DNA of 63,029 bases, the filler included, from Licmophora abbreviata (lineage: Eukaryota), in NCBI GenBank assembly GCA_900291995.1. It is 11 parts of 11 records of this genome, joined end to end, with 100 filler letters (N's around TTAATTAATTAA, not from the genome) between each part and the next. Parts side by side here need not be neighbours in the genome. Positions count along the whole stretch, not along the records: positions 47,896 to 50,279 come from OLMU01001613.1; positions 50,380 to 56,970 come from OLMU01001614.1; positions 57,071 to 59,843 come from OLMU01001615.1; positions 59,944 to 63,029 come from OLMU01001616.1; 7 more parts are not named here. The stretch is one strand, 5' to 3'. How positions within the stretch are numbered: the first letter of the stretch is position 1; each line of letters begins with the position of its first letter. The notes beneath the pieces are model-generated. The model made no database searches and was not told the origin of the DNA. It saw only the letters and a program-made list of their open reading frames with translations. A program made the translations under genes and the position numbers. Below, piece by piece: positions 48,908 through 60,190 of the stretch.

Positions 48908-49348
48908 ATGAAGTATTACATCTCAATCACCGGTCTTCAGCTTAAATCGATCATTTTTGCTCCGAGATTTTGGTATCACGCTGTTCCGTCCATGATTCAG
49001 GCGCAGCAAGCCCCGGGCAACATTTCAGCGGAGGCTCGACAGATCGATGGAATTCATCACACTCTGAGTGTCTGGGAGGACCGTAGGTCCATGATAAACT
49101 ACATTCGAAGCGGTAATCATGCAAAGGCCATGAAAGTTTTTGATGATATAGCTACCGGAAAGACCTATGGGTACGAGTCAGACGAAATACCGACATGGGA
49201 GGAAGCGCATGAGATCTATGAGACAATGGGGCGTGAAGTTGGCAAGGCGGCGAGAGAGCAGAAATGGGCCGAAAGGAAAAAAGGAAAGCAAGAGGAAAAG
49301 GAAGACCATGTGGAGTGTCCTGAATCTGGTAGTATTGTCTCTCAGTGA
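48908..49348 (+). CDS. DUF3291 / ABM-like dimeric alpha-beta barrel protein
   Basis: QAQQAPGN, HHTLSVWEDRRSM..YIRSGNHAKAMK. Confidence 0.7.
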   Translation: MKYYISITGLQLKSIIFAPRFWYHAVPSMIQAQQAPGNISAEARQIDGIHHTLSVWEDRRSMINYIRSGNHAKAMKVFDDIATGKTYGYESDEIPTWEEAHEIYETMGREVGKAAREQKWAERKKGKQEEKEDHVECPESGSIVSQ

Positions 49349-49710
49349 GGGCTCTGCGAGGCGACCTGCTCTCTTCGTCAGTCTTGGTCCTTGCTCACAA
49401 TAGCCTCAAGGACGCAAATTGCTCGTCCGCGAGAACGTAGGTCAGCATATAGTGAGTGATACTTTTACTTTATCCCTCCTCAGAACCAGCGCATGGCACA
49501 TCTATTGCCATGTATTTTTCTTCTACGAGAGTTATGTCAGTACTCGTCGAACCTCGCGCTGTCGATCTCAAGTCTCTGGGTACGGTGATACGCTTGAATG
49601 TCAACCTTCGTGACGGAGAGGAGCCCAAAAAATGAGAGCAACGACTTGATCGAGTTCAAAGATGTGCGATCCTCGAGTGCGCGAGGAAATATTATTGTAC
49701 AAACAACCTT

Positions 49711-50713
49711 CTAGCCATCATCGATGATATTCGTGGAGCAGAATTCCCCCCACAGATAAAAGTCATCTGGAAACATGACTTTGAGTTTTCCTACGATTTC
49801 TTCGCCTACTAAAATTGGCGACGATGAGTTGGAAGATGAAGACGTTCGCAATCGTTTGAATGGAAGCTCGTTCAGTCCTTGCACGTCCCTTGAAAATTCT
49901 TTGAAATCTTGATTCAATCGTTCGGAACACAAAATCTTGTCCACAATCAGTTCGTTGTCTGCTGACAGTACAAAATGCGATTGTGGAGCTAAATTGTAGT
50001 CCTTGTGCTCCCAGAGTCTTTGGAGAAAGTCAAGAAAAGTGAGGCCTTTCACCCATTTGAACTTGATGCGATCTTTCAACCCTCTATTACCTCCTCCTCG
50101 CGCATAGTGATACATGGAAATGGTGCGATCGACCGGATAACGCAATGTGGCAAAGGTGAGCGCTTCTTCGAAGTCGTGCGGATGACACTTTTTCATCTGT
50201 GCAGCCGTTGCATGGCACGATCCAACCAATTTCATCCGAAGCGATCGCAGCCAGTTCCGACTTGGGTGTTGAAGCAAGTNNNNNNNNNNNNNNNNNNNNN
50301 NNNNNNNNNNNNNNNNNNNNNNNTTAATTAATTAANNNNNNNNNNNNNNNNNNNNNNNNNNNNNNNNNNNNNNNNNNNNGAAGCAAGTGCTTCTCTATTG
50401 TTGTGCCTCCTGTCTTGGGAATGTGCACAAACGCTATCTTCTTGGAAAGTCCGGCATCTGAGGAAGCTCGCATATACTGTCCAAAGCGTTTGCAAGCGCA
50501 ACCCGATTGCGAATACTCAAGCACATCGAGCAAGCTTTCATTCTTGTACTCCTTTATGTCGAAGGCTTCATCAGTGCCGTGTTGCCAGGATGGCTCTCCG
50601 TGGAGGAGACACAACACTAAAAAGGCACCCGTCGTTGTCAAGATAACACAAAGCAATGCAAAAACTTTCCCCCACACTGTCGAAGAGTTTTTACAACGGC
50701 CAAGCCTAGTCAT
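49711..50713 (-). CDS. Type II membrane sulfotransferase (Sulfotransfer_2-like), split by a spurious gap
   Basis: FVHIPKTGGTTIE (5'-PSB), FATLRYPVDRTISMY (3'-PB), PQSHF; gap flanks overlap by 9 bp, giving KHLLQHPS. Confidence 0.88.
50280..50379. other. Artificial scaffold gap spacer (zero/negative true length)
   Basis: GAAGCAAGT on both sides of the spacer. Confidence 0.95.
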
Positions 50714-51159
50714 GATTGCGTATGCGGTGATGCGGTACGTTACTGAGAGTGTATGGTTGTCGTCAATCGAAGTCACTGATGAGGTGTGGGTCTATGTGTG
50801 TGGTCTCTACGCTTTCCATCATCATGGCTGCTGCATTGGTACTTGTCAGCTTATTTAAAGAAGCAACGAGGTGGCTTTCGGGAGAGACGTTGTCGATCGT
50901 CTATCGAGTTGATGCCGCCATGTGGTGCTGTGATGGCGCTGTATTATGTGGCGTGAAGTGTGTGTCGCCTTATCTCGTCTGTGCGTCGTCTTACACCTAC
51001 AATGAGGACAAAGCGAAGGAAAAGTAGACTCTGGATGTGCTGTGATAGACAAAAGGACGATTCTTCCTGAATGGTGATTATAACATGAACTTGTATCTAG
51101 AGAGAGTGAATCGAGGTCGAGCGCCAGCTGTGAATATCGTAGATATAGCGTCGTTATCA

Positions 51160-52151
51160 TCATGCCGATGCGGCAGCTGCCGATGGAGCCGACTCGGCCT
51201 TGGGCTTGGCACCGCCTGTGGTAAGCTTGATTCCGACCAGGCGCTGTTCAGCATCGATCTTGACGACTTCTGCCGAGACACCTGGTCCAAAGAAAGTCTC
51301 GTACTTCTTGACTCGTCGCTCGTCGGCCCACATTTTGTAGGGCGTATCAATCGACTGCCACACCATGGTGAAGGCCAACTCCCCGTCTTCATTTTCTTGA
51401 CGCAGCTCTTGAAGCTGTGGGTAATCCTTTCCGGGAACGACAAGGCCCAACTTCTTCACGGTCGTGTCAAGATGGGCTTCGTCCCCATAACGATGCCGAG
51501 TGACATCCTGCTTGATTTTCTTGATTGTCTCTGTGGCCTTGTTTTCAAAGATTTGTTCGCCCGCATCTGTACTAAAGCACGGGACAGGCTCAATCTCGGC
51601 ATACTTCAATGCCGCTCCCGCCAAGAAGATGGGAATACCATAGACAAAGCCCAGCCCACTGACATTGAGACCCTCGCCGCCGCTGTTGGAAAGGTACTCG
51701 CCAAAACTAAGCAACGTAATGGCAACGCCCCCGAGAATCACCAAGTTTCCCAGACTGAATCCTCGAATTTCGAACGGAGGTTCGCCGGCATTGCTGACAC
51801 CCGCACCGCCAATCATTGCGCCTCCCTGTGGAGCCGACCATCCCTGAAGTAACGACAAACAAATGGCGAGAACATGTACAACGTGAGTCGAAGTTGGCGA
51901 GAAGCAAACATGGAAACCGCGGACAAATGTGCAACACCCTCAGTTGCTGGACGACCGAGAGAATACGATCTACTTACTTCGTCTTCTTCGGCCATGAAAA
52001 GTCGGGAGTCACAGTTCAAAAGATTGCCAAACGGGGCCTTCTGCGACCTTCTCGACGCTTGAAGCTGAAGATCGACACTGGGATTGGGCGCAAATGCAAG
52101 GCATGCCGCTGGCAAAGCTGCCGCAAGCACAATTAAACTCTTGGGTGGCAT
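51160..52151 (-). CDS. APE1: APE1 / DUF2854 thylakoid membrane protein
   Basis: Exons 52151-51978 and 51843-51160; CLA-FAP presequence; GFVYGIPIFLAGAALKYAE and DVTRHRYGDEAHLD. Confidence 0.88.
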
Positions 52152-52668
52152 CGTTGAGCGAAAAGGAGTGAATAGACGTGAAAGACAGCGAAAGATGCCG
52201 TGAAATGAGCTTCTAATGGACTATCCTTGTCCTGAACGCGGCGATGACTCCGTTTCGAACAGCACAGGTTTCGGGAACGCTAAACAGATGAGCCCGATTG
52301 AACACGTACGCGCACCTGCCAGTAGAAAGCTACATGAAACAATAGTATACTTCCATGTGACGTGTCCGGTGCCTGACGAGGGACAGACCTGCACGTTTTG
52401 CTGGAGACGGATCTCCGGGTTTCTCAGTACGTTCCATAGCCATCATTAGCTTTTCACAACGTATCGCCACCTCGCTATGACGGTGGCTGTCGTGTCGTCT
52501 AGCGTTCATCTGGAGAGAAACTGTGGCTTTCGCAAGTCTTAGATGGTCCTGAATGATAATGAGTCGATAGCTAGTGGCATCGTATCCGGTCACTAGCGAT
52601 GTTGGAATGTGGCAAAGCGAAAATTTCGAACACTGGTCAACATCCCCGACACCATACGCACAACTACT

Positions 52669-53876
52669 TTATACTGGCATATAACTACTGTCGCCGATAG
52701 ATGGAGCATGCGAGTCACTCGTGGCTTGATTCGGATTCTCCCTCATTTGCTCGCGCAGAAGCCGTTGTGGAGTACTGAACCCGAACGTACGATCATAGTC
52801 TTCGAACAAGGGATCGATCGGAAAGGCCCATGTCCACAAAGGTCCGATCCCAAAGACATTCACCAGGGGGATTGGTTCTTCATCGCTTTCTCCCATGGCG
52901 TTGGTTGCCTTCTTCTTGAGTCGATCGATGGTTCCGATCCCCGTCATTAGTCCATAACAGACGTTCATCAACATGCTGGACGTGAACAAGAACGCCCCCA
53001 AGCTCAGGCACGTCATGAGGCGCACGAGTTGCACCAATACCAAATTGAACATGCATGCTTCTTCGGAACAAAAGAAATAGTTCCAACCCAAAAGTATGAG
53101 GGAAAATACCGAGCAGGTCCAGGTATAACAAAGGAACAGCAGGAAATGCTTCATGTTGCCCGCTCCAATGCAATTGTTCATCCAGGGACAGTGATCTGAG
53201 GTGGACAAGAGGAGTAGCCAAGAGAAAAATTAGTACACACACATCAACTGAAGGCTAACATTCGCCCTATCGCTGGAGACTTACGATCCATGCGCGATAT
53301 GCAACGGTTGCAAATGCGGCAATGGTGCGAAAATGGCGGCTTGAACGTTTGGCATTGGCTGCAACATGAAAACAAACAAGACTGCGTGAGCTGCGCTCGA
53401 CCGGGATTGTCTGTCGCAGCGTATATTCACCTATTCTCGTCGTGTGGACTGACTCACCTGCACATGCTCAACTTGTCTTGCTGGTAGCGTTGAGTTTCCG
53501 TGGGCACGGCTGAAGACGGAACCGAACCGGGATCGGTAAGTGACGTTTTTGCATGACATGCCAAGGCAAGAGCTACAAGCATCGCATACTCCATGCTGAG
53601 TACGACTGGGATCCCTCCGGTGCGCGCCAGAAACGTCATTGTAAGGGCTGAATACAACATGAGAAGCCAGACCAAGCATGCCATGATCGTCCCGGCCTGG
53701 TCGGAAGTATTCATCCAGACTCCATGGTCGTCCGTTGTGCCAAGTTGGCAGGACCAAGAGTAATCGTTAAATTCATCGCGATAATGCAATGCGTCATCCG
53801 TGCTAGGCAAAGCTCCGTGTCCATGGCCCAGACAGCAAGACACACAGGCCGTGCTAATGCGTCTCGCCACGGGCAT
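52669..53876 (-). CDS. DHHC protein S-palmitoyltransferase
   Basis: Exons 53876-53458, 53358-53285 and 53195-52669 give C..[31 protein letters not shown]; DPG motif. Confidence 0.95.
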
Positions 53877-54474
53877 GTTGTCCTTCTTGTCGTCTGTCTC
53901 CGGAGGAAAGTGCTGGGGTGCAGACTGCGAGGATGAATACTGAGAAGAGAGAAAGAATAGTGAAACAGATTAGCAACAAGCTCTGTTATTCCCAATGGAC
54001 GATGGTCGCCACCATCCCATCATGTCGTACTCACTGGGTCGTCCCGGTACGGCTGAACGCCTCCAATTCGTCTTTGTCGCGCTCCTCGATCCAAAAGGGG
54101 GTTCAAATCATTATTGCTCCCATCCTGTGCGTAATACCGCGGCGGAGTTTTCGAAGGGGACATCATCTTGGAAACACAAAGCGAAACAACACAGCAACAA
54201 ATAACTCAACGCTTCACAGCTGGCACCGATACGTGATGACAATGATGATTGTGATGCAGTCTGCCAGGGCGAAATACATTTTGGCCAATTTGAAGTTTTG
54301 GAATTGTCAGAAATATAAGAACTGATATTTCGCATCACAAATTGTCCGGATCTTTCAACGTAAAAATCAGTACAAAAACTACAGGAACGTTCCAAAGTCG
54401 GCGTCGCCGTCTCTCTTCCAAAATCCAAGTTCAAAGTTTCTCCCGCTCTCGTCGTTGCATCATCATCAACGTCC

Positions 54475-55324
54475 ATGGCGATCCGCTCGTTCACACTTGC
54501 TGTCGTCGCGGTCCTTCTCTTCTGCATACCATCCAACACTGCCATGAATCCCCCTCAATCTGCCGTCGACAGCAAAGAAAGTTCCACTGAGAACGCTCCG
54601 TACGCTCAGGACGGCCCTGCAGCCAAGGAGATTGCCAAGTACCTTCCGTACTTTCCCTTCAAGGGCATTCCGCGCTTCTACGATATCGGAGGATTCTTGG
54701 CGGAGCCTGTAATATTTCAGAAGATTGTCGATATCTTTGTCGAACGCTACAGGGACATTGGTATCGACAAGGTTGCCGGTAGGTCCGCAAACGACAGACC
54801 CATCTATTGCAGGGATGTCGAATGTTATGCTCTAACAATGCAATTCCACTGACTCTTCAATAGGGTTGGACGCACGTGGATTCATCCTGGGCCCTCCGAT
54901 TGCACTCGCCTTGAAAAAGCCCTTCTTGATGATGCGCAAGCAGGGAAAGATGCCCAATACGGTCTCCACAGATGACTATCAGTGCGAGTATGGATCTCGC
55001 AAGGGACTGACGGTGCAACGGGACAAGATCGCGCCGAATGACCGTGTCTTGATTATCGATGATCTCGTGGCGACTGGCGGGACATTGAGTAGTGCGATTG
55101 GACTCGTCAAAATGCTGGGTGGCAAAGTGGTGGAATGTGCCTGTGTGGTGGAGCTGAAAATGTTTGTGAATCCTGAGAAAGACAGTGGACTGCCAAATCG
55201 TACCGCGTTGCTGGAGGACCTGGGACACCAGGACACACCCATTTGGGGTCTTATCAGTGAGGATATTTTGGACTTCGAAGCAAAACTGCATCACGAATAT
55301 GTCGATGATGGAGAGGAACACTAA
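54475..55324 (+). CDS. APT: Adenine phosphoribosyltransferase with N-terminal signal-peptide-like extension
   Basis: Exons 54475-54778 and 54864-55324; FPFKGIPRFYDI, GLDARGF, RKQGK, VLIIDDLVATGGT (PRPP loop). Confidence 0.93.
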
Positions 55325-55458
55325 AGTTACGACACTAGAGTTGGCAGTGACGATCTCTATACCACCTACATATACCACCAATGCTGTGTGATTGTTGGTA
55401 CCGCACGATGTGAAGACGACCGCATTGATTATCAGCCTCGATGCCTGACGTGCGGTAC

Positions 55459-55665
55459 TTAGTCAGTATTGAAAAGATGATCCAAGCGCTTGTATCCACA
55501 TCCTGCGTCGTCCCAATAGCACTCTTCCTACTCAGTCCTGCCAACGCATGCTCCCGTTGTGGAACATTCATCAAGAGTTCGCGGGCACTGCCTGCTGGCT
55601 TTTTCTTTGGCTTCCTGAGACTTGGTGAGTGCATCCTGAAACAAGAGCCGACCGATTGCGTATGC
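55459..55665 (-). pseudogene. Degenerate tandem copy of the 3' end of the adjacent sulfotransferase gene
   Basis: Translates AIGRLLFQDALTKSQEAKEKASRQCPRTLDECSTTGACVGRTE*EECYWDDAGCGYKRLDHLF versus intact TIGRPLFEDALAKFRQAKEKANREC..VGRTEKTECYWDDAGCGYKCLDDIF; in-frame TAG at 55528-55530. Confidence 0.9.
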
Positions 55666-55721
55666 TGCAAGCCAACTCACACAGCACTACTTTCTATTTG
55701 GCACGAACAAGACGTGATGTG

Positions 55722-57112
55722 TTAATAATTTACTTGCGCATCGTCTATTGGCGTTGAAAGCAAGCTAGGAAATGGCTCGTCCTGAAAAATATCATCCAAG
55801 CACTTGTATCCGCACCCCGCATCGTCCCAATAGCACTCTGTCTTTTCCGTTCTGCCAACATATGTTCCATCAGATGAACAAACATCGGGAGGTGGCGAGC
55901 ACTCTCTGTTGGCTTTTTCCTTTGCTTGTCGGAACTTGGCGAGCGCATCTTCAAATAAGGGTCTCCCAATTGTATCGATCGAGCGATCCAAGCTTGCATT
56001 TACTGCTGCGTAAAGCATTTCATCCCCGAGGTTCAGATTTTTCCATTCTTCGCTGTCCACAAAAGATTGAACAACTGGAGAAAGGACGTGCTTGGGAGTA
56101 GTCATGCAAATCTTTTTGTTCGTTGCTACGTATCCACCGCTTTGCTTTGCAGATTGAGCAAGAACGTCGCTTGGGCGAAGACCCAGTAAAAGCTGAAGCA
56201 GTACCAGAGACTCGTCCATCCTCTCCACAAGACCAATGAAATCAAGTTCATCCAGAGCTTTCTGCACCAGTTCCGCTATTCCGGCCTTGTCCAGTTTCAT
56301 CAGTTTGCGTTTTGCGTGACTATCAGAGAGCTTGACCAACTGGGAGTTACCAGATCTCTTTACATAATCGACGACATTCACATCTGTCGGAATAGTGAGA
56401 TTTTGAATGTCCACAAAGAAGAAGAAGAACTCACTAAGTATCCTCTTGGTTGGATTCTTGAGAAACGTAAAGAGGAACGATTGTTCGTGGTTTCTGGTGT
56501 CATATCGATCTGTTTTCTTGGACCAAAGGTGTGCAAGTCTAACGCGACAGATAGGCCTTGCTGTTATTGTTCCGTTTGGATCTGAAATAGTTGGTTTTGT
56601 GAGATTCGCGATAGCATGACTGATTCGAGCGGCTACCCCTGCGAGCGTGGATGACGCGGCCTTTTCTATTTTGATGAATAGTATGCCTTCTGACGACGGC
56701 TGTCGTTGGATGAAAGCGTTCATGGGATCCCAATCGGGGCCTCGGTGATCGATAATGCACGGGGGTGTGCGGTTCATCTGGTTCCACGGAATATAGGTAC
56801 GGGGGGAAAGCAGATCGGACACTTGAAATTCACGAGGCATGGGTGAAACTCCAGTTGATACAGAAGTCTGATTCTGTAGGCTAGTCAGAGAAGATGAGTT
56901 CATCGGTAGGTCAGCCAACAAAGTCTTCCTATGCGCATGATCGACGTCGACCTTGGGCGTAATCGTCAGTNNNNNNNNNNNNNNNNNNNNNNNNNNNNNN
57001 NNNNNNNNNNNNNNTTAATTAATTAANNNNNNNNNNNNNNNNNNNNNNNNNNNNNNNNNNNNNNNNNNNNCAAGGGATTTAGGAAGCTCACTTGGAGGAA
57101 ACTTGATTTCAT
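55722..57112 (-). CDS. Galactose-3-O-sulfotransferase-like protein (likely spans gap; ATG probably at 57112)
   Basis: ILFIKIEKAASST, FTFLKNPTKRILSEF, FIGLVERMDESLVLL and CYWDDAGCGYKC. Frame is open to the gap at 56970, and CCACCATG lies on the far side. Confidence 0.85.
56971..57070. other. Artificial scaffold gap spacer
   Basis: N44-TTAATTAATTAA-N44. Confidence 0.98.
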
Positions 57113-57597
57113 GGTGGAAGGGAGCGTTGACGTATGCGTGGTATCGATGGATCTTGTTGGCTTGTGCTGGTCGGAACCCACCTATAATAACTATGCTTTC
57201 CGTTGTGTGTCGGGGTTATCGGTACCGCGGCATGTCGCCGGCGGGGTCATCATCATCGCGCGTTTCGCAAATTTTTCGAAAAAGATGACTTGAATGAATC
57301 GACTCACTCGACTCGATCAAAATCATTTTCGCGCGGTTTCGTGTCAATACATCGCGCGATCGGATGAAACCAGAGAGATTAGGCTCCGTATTAGTATCGT
57401 CATACCGGGTATCATACCAGGTACCAGTCAAATCGAGATGAGCCAATCTCGAGGAACGCTACTACGACTTTCAACTTGCCGCAGCAATGAGATAACTGAC
57501 ACGAGATGCAGATGGGGTCAGTGCTGCTGCTGGAAGGTTGCCTGGGAATCAATCTAGCATGATAGTACAATGAATTACGGGGTCGCCTCATAGTTAG

Positions 57598-59304
57598 CTA
57601 GTTCTTCTTGGGCTTAGATCCCTTTCGCCGCAAATCACGCAGTGCACTCTTGCTGCGAGCCAAGTCGCACTTTTCTTGTAACTGTTTGTTACTTTGAAAC
57701 TGATGAATCAACTGCGCATTCGTTTGTGGATTCCCACCCCACACATACCACATCGAACAAAAGGGCGACGACTTTTTGTGCACATCACTCACTTTTTTCT
57801 CACGAAAGTGACTCGGAGGAATATAAACATAGCGCTTCTTGGGGACAAGATAGAAGGGTTGGATGTGCTTCGTCGCACCACGGTAGTAATCCTTCTTGTG
57901 CACCCAGGTGGGCATGAGCAAGAACCAAGCGCGATTATGCTTGCCGAACGCATGCGAAGTGATATGTTTCATTAATTTTGGAATGTGATCGTCACTGTAG
58001 GGTGGATTCGTCACCAGCACATGGAAGCGACAGGGGGCACCATTGGCACCATGCGACCACACTCGATAGCAGTCTTCCTTTTCATTGTAGACATCCCCAA
58101 AGCCCAAAGTTGCAAGATTGCGTTTTACAGCTCCATTGCAGTAGTATGGATCGTAGACGACAAAGCCACCAGAAGAGCTTTGTTTTTGGTGTTGGCTTTG
58201 GATAGTTTCAATTAATGGAGCGATGTCGTGGTAGGCTTCGAGTGGCGTTTCGCAATGATCGTCCGCATCGACCGGAAAAGGAAAGGATGGTGCCGCCGAG
58301 TCTAGAAGCACGGTTCAGAAGAGAGAGGTAAGATACGCAAGGTTAGTTTCAGCACCATCACGCAACAGTATAGCGCGGCTGTCCGGGAGGCTATTGAGAA
58401 CGTCTCAGTTGGAATTGAAAATAATACAGACGTCACACCCGCCTCCTGGGAATGGATGAATCGAGAGGGTGAATCACATTGGCATTTTGCCGAGTAGACC
58501 CCCCAGTCGATTGTTTCTTCCACTCTTTCTGGCATGATATTTGACCGACTCCCGTCATGGAGCAAAAAGGACAAGAGAGTCGGCTTCGATACATGCTGGT
58601 TCCTCTTTTCTAGAGACGAGTGATGAGCTGATCGTACCTTCTTGGGGAGGTTCCTCTTGCAATGCGTCGACATTGTTCTTCCACTCAATGTCTTGTGCTT
58701 CGTCGTTGTTGTTATTGCTGTTGTTGGTATTTTTAATCAAAGTACCCACACGAATCAAATCTCCATTGTCGGTACGTTCCATCCCCGAGTACACATTTCC
58801 TCCCACCGTGTCCACCAGAACCATGACTTGTTCATTCTTTCGTTGCGGATGGGGCACCATGCGTCCCTCCAGTGGCACGGCGGATGACGACAACGAGTCG
58901 TCCTGACTACTATCCTCGGTCTTCTTGTGACGTTTCGATGATTCTTGTCTCTCCTTATCTGCCGCTTGCTCTTTACTAGAACTGAATTCAGCTGGTGACA
59001 TAGCGATCGACTTTCGTTTTCCCGGCCCTTGTAGTAGCAGTGTAGACATTCGGACAAGACCACCATCACCACCATGGACCTCGATGTTGTTGTCATCACC
59101 AGCGGCGGAAGGGAAAACAGAGAACGCTTCCGTTCGCCTCAAGAAATCGTCGTCGAGATGAATCGGTTTAACAGAGGCGGCTTGTTGGAATGCATTCGCC
59201 CATGGTGAAGACGCCGAAGATGATGAACCGAGTTCTGATTCTGTCTCCATGGTGATTGGCTTATTGCGATTCCGCCGCCGCTTTCGATCCTTTTTCTTGG
59301 TCAT
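57598..59304 (-). CDS. NPPY-type N6-adenine methyltransferase-like protein with basic termini
   Basis: Exons 59304-58638 and 58301-57598 (phase-1 GTACGA..CTAG intron, 336 nt, CTAAC branch point). DDHCETP, YDPYYCNG (motif I-like), VLVTNPPYS (motif IV), FLLMP. Confidence 0.75.
58377..58598 (-). ncRNA. Intronic H/ACA box snoRNA, predicted double guide for LSU rRNA sites equivalent to yeast Psi2865 and Psi2923
   Basis: Hairpin 1 (GCAUG/CAUGC, CCGACUCUC/GGGAGUCGG), H-like box AGAAAG 58530-58525, inserted hairpin, hairpin 3 (CCAGGAGGC/GCCUCCCGG, GACGUCU/AGACGUU), ACA at 58382-58380. Both pockets lie 14 nt from their box. Confidence 0.8.
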
Positions 59305-59358
59305 TCTTATTATTACTAGGCTGAGGTGGCCAATGTCGGGGATGAAAGGTCTGCGACG

Positions 59359-59843
59359 TCATATGCGGTAAAAAATATCCTCATTGTCGTCGGCGTTTAT
59401 CGAAAAGCCCATCAAACTGAAAATTCGCAAGATGTTGAATGTGTGGACAGAACGTCGGCGTTCAAACCGATGGCCGGCCAGACTACGGCTTTTTTTGCAA
59501 TTCACCTGAGGAGTTGTCACAGGAGGTTCTTCCAGTACCGATTTGATATCTATTAGCAGTGCGTTGCTTTTAAGCAGCAAAGCGGCGTTGTCGTTTTCGA
59601 CCTTGTACATCTTCTCCAAGTTCGACGCGATCACCTTTACGTGCTCCCATTGCCTTTCCGTGTCAATCACGCCGAGCAGGTTGCTGCTCGTCGAATTAGT
59701 TGCTTCATCTAGCTTGGATGCGACGGGGTTATAGTCCTTCGATGGAGTGTTTCCGCTCGATCCGCAAACCACTCCGAGTTTCGAAGCAGGCACGGTCAAC
59801 ACCTCGCTAGCGCGAAGTGCAATGGCCATCAGAAACGACCAGC
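59359..59843 (-). CDS. C-terminal fragment of hypothetical protein (5' lost in gap)
   Basis: Open frame of >150 codons running into the gap; no recognised motif. Confidence 0.4.
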
Positions 59844-59943
59844 NNNNNNNNNNNNNNNNNNNNNNNNNNNNNNNNNNNNNNNNNNNNTTAATTAATTAAN
59901 NNNNNNNNNNNNNNNNNNNNNNNNNNNNNNNNNNNNNNNNNNN
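59844..59943. other. Artificial scaffold gap spacer
   Basis: N44-TTAATTAATTAA-N44. Confidence 0.98.
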
Positions 59944-60190
59944 TATCCGATTAGAGAAGAAAGTTCACTAAATGCTTAAAGTTAAGGGATGAGAAAGTGT
60001 CACATGTCACATGGCTTCCCTCTCTTTTTTTTGTCACTTGCTCTCATCGGCCTCACTTATGCATTCCACGTGGTGGCTCCACTGATGAGCATCCGCCGCC
60101 CGGCCCAAATCACATCGACTACGTTGAAATAGTTTAGACAGCGGTGGTTGTAGTATCATAGTACCGGTACAGCAGCGCCACAAAAGGACA

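Noticed and set aside
58377..58598. Identity of the snoRNA as U17/snR30
   Set aside because: The m1 (AUAUUCCUA) and m2 (AAACCAU) motifs are absent; the pockets instead match LSU pseudouridine sites.
3443..59943. Regularly recurring TTAATTAATTAA as a biological repeat, CRISPR-like element or piggyBac TTAA target
   Set aside because: Always centred in identical N44 blocks; it is a synthetic six-frame-stop spacer.
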